Assembly: GCA_030620115.1 (NCBI GenBank)
Contig: JAUXFG010000015.1
Location: forward strand, 1-38,871
Direction: 5' to 3'
Source of the DNA: Candidatus Fermentibacterota bacterium
GTDB lineage: Bacteria > JAFGKV01
DNA: 38,871 bases
Part shown: positions 36,050-38,871 of the stretch, piece after piece
Layout: each line of letters opens with the position of its first letter
Position numbering within the stretch: position 1 is the first letter of the stretch
Notes under the pieces: generated by a model
Databases searched by the model: none
Seen by the model: only the letters and a program-made list of their open reading frames with translations
What the model was told of the DNA's origin: nothing
Made by a program: the position numbers and the translations under genes

Positions 36050-36280
36050 CTATTCGTTGTCATCATCTCGCAGCATCACCATTGCCCCATGGATTACTGC
36101 AATGACATCAATTTGATCTGATTTGATGTGATATATGATTCTGTATGGACCGACAAAGACTTCTCTGATTTGATCAATGTCATATTCTGGGACACGACGG
36201 CCAGACAGCGGAAACGCCCCTATCTGTTGCGATTTCCTTGTGATTCGATCAACTGTGCGAAGTGCATATATGGCGTCCAA
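36050..36280 (-). CDS. ParE/RelE-superfamily toxin; N-terminus uncertain
   Basis: GAFPLSGRRVPEYDIDQIREVFVGPYRIIYHIKSDQIDVIAVIHGA matches the ParE/RelE core. The only in-frame canonical start is a TTG. The 12 codons upstream (IKIHWTETAEGH) look like a genuine ParE N-terminus but lack ATG/GTG/TTG. Confidence 0.6.
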   Translation of the reverse strand: MDAIYALRTVDRITRKSQQIGAFPLSGRRVPEYDIDQIREVFVGPYRIIYHIKSDQIDVIAVIHGAMVMLRDDDNE

Positions 36281-36312
36281 ATGTCCCTCTGCCGTTTCTG
36301 TCCAATGTATTT

Positions 36313-36501
36313 TTATTCAGGGAGTCCGTATTTCTTTCTGATCTCATTTACATCTTTTATTCTGCCTGCGTTGCTGTCTTCCAGTCCCTTCTCAATGGCT
36401 TCACGCACATAAATCTCGTGCATCAAGTCATCCCACGTCGCATCAGCCGGCAGTTGATCGACCAGCCTATGAGCATCTTCTTTTCTGACTACGGTGGACA
36501 T
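36313..36501 (-). CDS. Type II antitoxin (ParD/Phd-like) cognate to the downstream ParE-like toxin
   Basis: 62 aa from MSTVVRKEDAHRL... to ...IRKKYGLPE; AGGAGG RBS 7 nt upstream of the ATG. The ORF-track N-terminal extension to 36687 is non-protein-like. Confidence 0.6.
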   Translation of the reverse strand: MSTVVRKEDAHRLVDQLPADATWDDLMHEIYVREAIEKGLEDSNAGRIKDVNEIRKKYGLPE

Positions 36502-36544
36502 ACATGTGCCTCCTCTTGCCGATTCGCAATCAATGATTGAGTTC

Positions 36545-36695
36545 TTGCCGAATGTGTGCGAGCTCAGCGGCGCCCGGACGTGGCGGAGCAAGCTTGCATG
36601 CGGAGTCCTGGGAGGGTGTCCGCTCGAGCGAGTCGTTCGGCGGCACAAGCCGCCGGGCAACTCGCTTGCGAAGCAGCTCGCACACATTCGGACGG
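36545..36695. repeat. Highly structured GC-rich element: 17-bp perfect inverted repeat ccgaatgtgtgcgagct/agctcgcacacattcgg separated by ~110 bp that itself contains nested hairpins (ccggcggc-acaa-gccgccgg; gcgagt...actcgc)
   Basis: Read directly; lies immediately upstream of the antitoxin gene on the minus strand. Confidence 0.5.
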
Positions 36696-37295
36696 CAGCG
36701 CAGCCGACGTCCGAACCTTGATTATAGGACGGTTCTGCCTACAAATATCCACATACATAATGCGCTGCAGAGGAGAAGGCAACAAGTTCTTGGGGAAATT
36801 GAGCGGTCTTGGCTTGACTCAGAGCGTTGACGAGTAGAGCCAATAGCTAGCGATATATGGTCATTAAATGAAATAACAGAGAGATAGCATGACCAGATCA
36901 CTTATTGCTTCGTTCAATTCAAATCCGAGATGGCCGAGTGGTACTGCATCCAAGTGCTTCGGAATTGGATGGTAGAGGAGAGCGATATTGCTCATTTCTT
37001 GCGATGGGTCCGAGCGTTCTTCGCTGCATAAGAGAGCTCCGCTTTGAACCATGTCTGATGGCATTTGCTGGATGCTTGATGCTGGAAGGAAAGGACGGAT
37101 CAAGGGTCCCGTCTACGCTTGACCGCGCCGTGACAAATCACCGTGGCGACCTGTCTCGGCGAAGCTCGAAGAGCGAAGACGGAAGCCGGATGGGCATGGC
37201 ATGCCATGCCCCTACATGGGCGAGGTCTGGGAGCGTCAGGAAAGGGATGGGGGATTGTCGGGTTACGCTATGCTAACCCGACCTACGGGATACTG

Positions 37296-37600
37296 CGCCA
37301 TAACTGTGATCTTATTCTTGCGCGAATCCTTGGCTATGTCTCGCCCTTTCAGGGCTGAGGGGTTTTACTTCTGTGCCTGTGCCCCAGGGCTACGCCCTGT
37401 CGGGCTTTCCCTGGGCTGGTATGTCAAGCCCCTTCAGGGCACATTGCGAGAATGGCTATATCGACTGACGGACAGAGTATACGGCATCGGGCTACGCGCT
37501 GGCAGAGCCGGGGTCCTCGATCGTCCCGGGACAGCCGCAGGCATCTATGGCCTCTCGCGACAAAATCGGATGAGAAGTCCGGGTTAAGATGCGACATCTG
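37296..37600 (+). repeat. Composite repeat copy A (~300 bp) with three modules: 'cttattcttgcgcgaatccttggctatgtctcgccctttcagggctgagg', 'ccagggctacgccc...gggctttccctgggctggtatgtcaagccccttcagggcacattgcgagaatggctatatcg', and terminal 'tctcgcgacaaaatcggatgagaagtccgggttaag'
   Basis: Direct repeat of 38165–38458, roughly 85% identical with one 26-bp hairpin indel, by eye alignment. Confidence 0.75.
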
Positions 37601-37690
37601 ATGAAATTCTTCTTCGGGAACATCACACCTTTTCGTGGACGGGAAAATGGGCAGCAAAGAATAGTCTAGTAAATCTATGGATTTACTAGA

Positions 37691-38143
37691 CTATTCATCT
37701 ATCTGCTTCAGGATGGCCTGGATTTCATGGGCGAATGCCCGGATCTCGTCGCGGATGCGACGGTAGTGTTGAAGAGCTTCATCCTCGTTATGCGCGCGCG
37801 CAGCAAGCGCCGGGGGATCATCGAATCCGCGGTGGAGCATGGTCGTTTTGCGTGGAAAGATCGGGCACGTTTCCCTGGCGTGGCCGCAGAGGGTAATGAC
37901 ATAGTCGAATTCCACATCGAGTAGTTCTTGCACGTCTTTTGAACGCTGGTCCGAGATATCAACGCCAGCCTCCGCCATTACTATGATGGCCCTCGGATCC
38001 ACGCTTTTTGCCACGATGCCCGCGGAATATGCCTCCACCAGGTCACCCATGAGACGACGCGTCCACCCTTCTGCCATCTGGCTCCTGCAGGAATTCCCGG
38101 TGCAGAGAAAGAGTATCTTCGGATTCAGTTGCTTCTCTTGCAT
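37691..38143 (-). CDS. arsC: Arsenate reductase of the LMW-PTP (thioredoxin-coupled) family
   Basis: ILFLCTGNSCRSQMAEGW (CX5R P-loop), downstream Cys pair LCGHARETCP, GFDDP; 150 aa; aligns along its length with the pI258-type ArsC pattern. Confidence 0.9.
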   Translation of the reverse strand: MQEKQLNPKILFLCTGNSCRSQMAEGWTRRLMGDLVEAYSAGIVAKSVDPRAIIVMAEAGVDISDQRSKDVQELLDVEFDYVITLCGHARETCPIFPRKTTMLHRGFDDPPALAARAHNEDEALQHYRRIRDEIRAFAHEIQAILKQIDE

Positions 38144-38164
38144 GGCACTCGTCCCCTATTGGCG

Positions 38165-38458
38165 CGCTATTCTCGCGCGAATCCTTGGCTATGTCTCGCC
38201 CTTTCAGGGCTGAGGGATTTTCCTTCTGTGCCCCAGGGCTACGCCCCGTCGGGCTTTCCCTGGGCTGGTATGTCAAGCCCCTTCAGGGCACATTGCGAGA
38301 ATGGCTATATCGGCTGACGGACAGAGGCTACGCCCTGGCAGAGCCGGGAGCCTTGGTCGTCCCGCACCCAAAGCGTTGGGTGCGGGACAGCCACAACCAT
38401 TTCTCCCGTCTCGCGACGAAAGCCGGTGAGAAATGCGGGTTAAGCATGAGATGTGACA
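38165..38458 (+). repeat. Composite repeat copy B; contains the hairpin cccgcacccaa-agcg-ttgggtgcggg (38368–38393) and terminal module 'tctcgcgacgaaagccggtgagaaatgcgggttaag'
   Basis: Direct repeat of 37296–37600. Its hairpin has the same stem as 12613–12638 but a reverse-complemented loop, so the two copies are in opposite orientation. Confidence 0.75.
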
Positions 38459-38604
38459 CAACAGCAACGAAGGAACCTGGCCGGATGCTCCCCGGTGCGC
38501 AGTGGACGCGTGGACCCCACATGGATATCTTCCCTCGCGATTCTTCACCAGCTATCGTGATTTCGGTACTGCATGAATATCGCCCGGCCCCATGCCCGGG
38601 CAAC

Positions 38605-38632
38605 CCTTGAACCCTGAACGGTGAACCCCTAC
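38605..38632 (+). promoter_or_regulatory. Three tandem (C/T)TGAAC(C/G) heptads (ttgaacc-ctgaacg-gtgaacc) immediately upstream of a secreted-protein gene
   Basis: Same heptad family as at 27402–27443 and 31570–31740. Confidence 0.4.
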
Positions 38633-38646
38633 AAGAGAGGAACCCA

Positions 38647-38871
38647 ATGTACGCCACAAAGAAACTCCTTACCCTCGCAATGAGCGTCATTCTCTTATCG
38701 GCGACATCCTCATTCGCTCAGACGGACGATGTGGATGGCAGCAGCGACCACCCGCTTATTTCACGTTATTCCGGGTCGTACATTATCGGCTATGAGACGC
38801 GAGATTACGACGAGCTCGTGCTGCCATTAGGAAAGCAGATAATGGATCCGGAAAGCGGGAAAAGAACCTTC
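38647..38871 (+). CDS. Secreted protein, partial (runs off window end). N-terminus MYATKKLLTLAMSVILLSATSSFAQ, a signal peptide
   Basis: Hand translation of the plus strand from ATG 38647; no stop before the window end; signal-peptide n/h/c regions with an AQ↓ cleavage-like site. Confidence 0.5.
   Translation, partial: MYATKKLLTLAMSVILLSATSSFAQTDDVDGSSDHPLISRYSGSYIIGYETRDYDELVLPLGKQIMDPESGKRTF

Noticed and set aside
36502-36687. N-terminal extension of the antitoxin ORF (track 36313..36687)
   Set aside because: Encoded by the nested-palindrome element and Cys/Arg-rich. The ATG at 36499–36501 with an AGGAGG RBS gives a 62-aa antitoxin of typical size.
36864-37276. ORFs 36864..37103(-) and 36905..37276(+) in the region before repeat copy A
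   Set aside because: Mutually overlapping, with low-complexity sequence and no RBS. The region is composed of repeat-derived DNA (it shares the gctggatgcttgatgctgga motif with 6230–6256).
1-38871. CRISPR array
   Set aside because: No regularly spaced identical direct repeats with unique spacers. The repeats present are dispersed REP-like modules and 7-bp microsatellite-like heptads.

Overview
High-GC bacterial chromosomal window. Taxonomy cannot be placed from sequence alone. It has a conserved left half and an accessory, repeat-laden right half.

- **1–12330, minus strand:** one long co-directional, tightly coupled gene string. Reading right to left: ftsY, then a polyprenol-phosphate-sugar synthase-like GT2, then three large polytopic GT-C-type membrane glycosyltransferase-like proteins. 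These are followed by ispD/ispF, a DedA membrane protein, a GldA/GldF/GldG-like ABC transporter and a partial DUF4340 protein.
- **12331–14900:** an AT-rich intergenic region carrying REP-like elements, a MucR/Ros zinc-finger regulator and tatD.
- **15024–22953, plus strand:** a candidate novel biosynthetic or maturation cluster. It comprises a four-ACT-repeat protein, a radical SAM/SPASM protein, an alkaline-phosphatase-superfamily (NPP-like) lipoprotein, a second radical SAM/SPASM protein, a GT2 glycosyltransferase and a GmhA–GmhB (SIS isomerase–HAD phosphatase) fusion.
- **22954–26666:** argF, an Ig-like lipoprotein and ispH.
- **26600–38871:** accessory and mobile content.
  - An SH3b lipoprotein gene.
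  - A YdjG/YdjI-like zinc-ribbon plus SPFH pair.
  - A secreted lipoprotein gene.
  - A B12-binding radical SAM gene isolated between REP clusters.
  - A Y1 (IS200-like/RAYT-type) transposase bounded by 23-bp inverted repeats, which truncates an APH-family kinase gene.
  - VapBC and ParE/antitoxin toxin–antitoxin pairs.
  - An arsC gene bracketed by ~300-bp direct repeats.
  - A partial secreted-protein gene at the window end.

Several families of dispersed repeats recur across the window. They include GC-rich hairpins, a module 'cgcgacgaaagccggtgagaagtgcgggttaag', CCCCTTTGGCAAAGGGG hairpins and (C/G)TGAAC(G/C) heptad arrays. They explain many of the spurious ORFs in the six-frame track.
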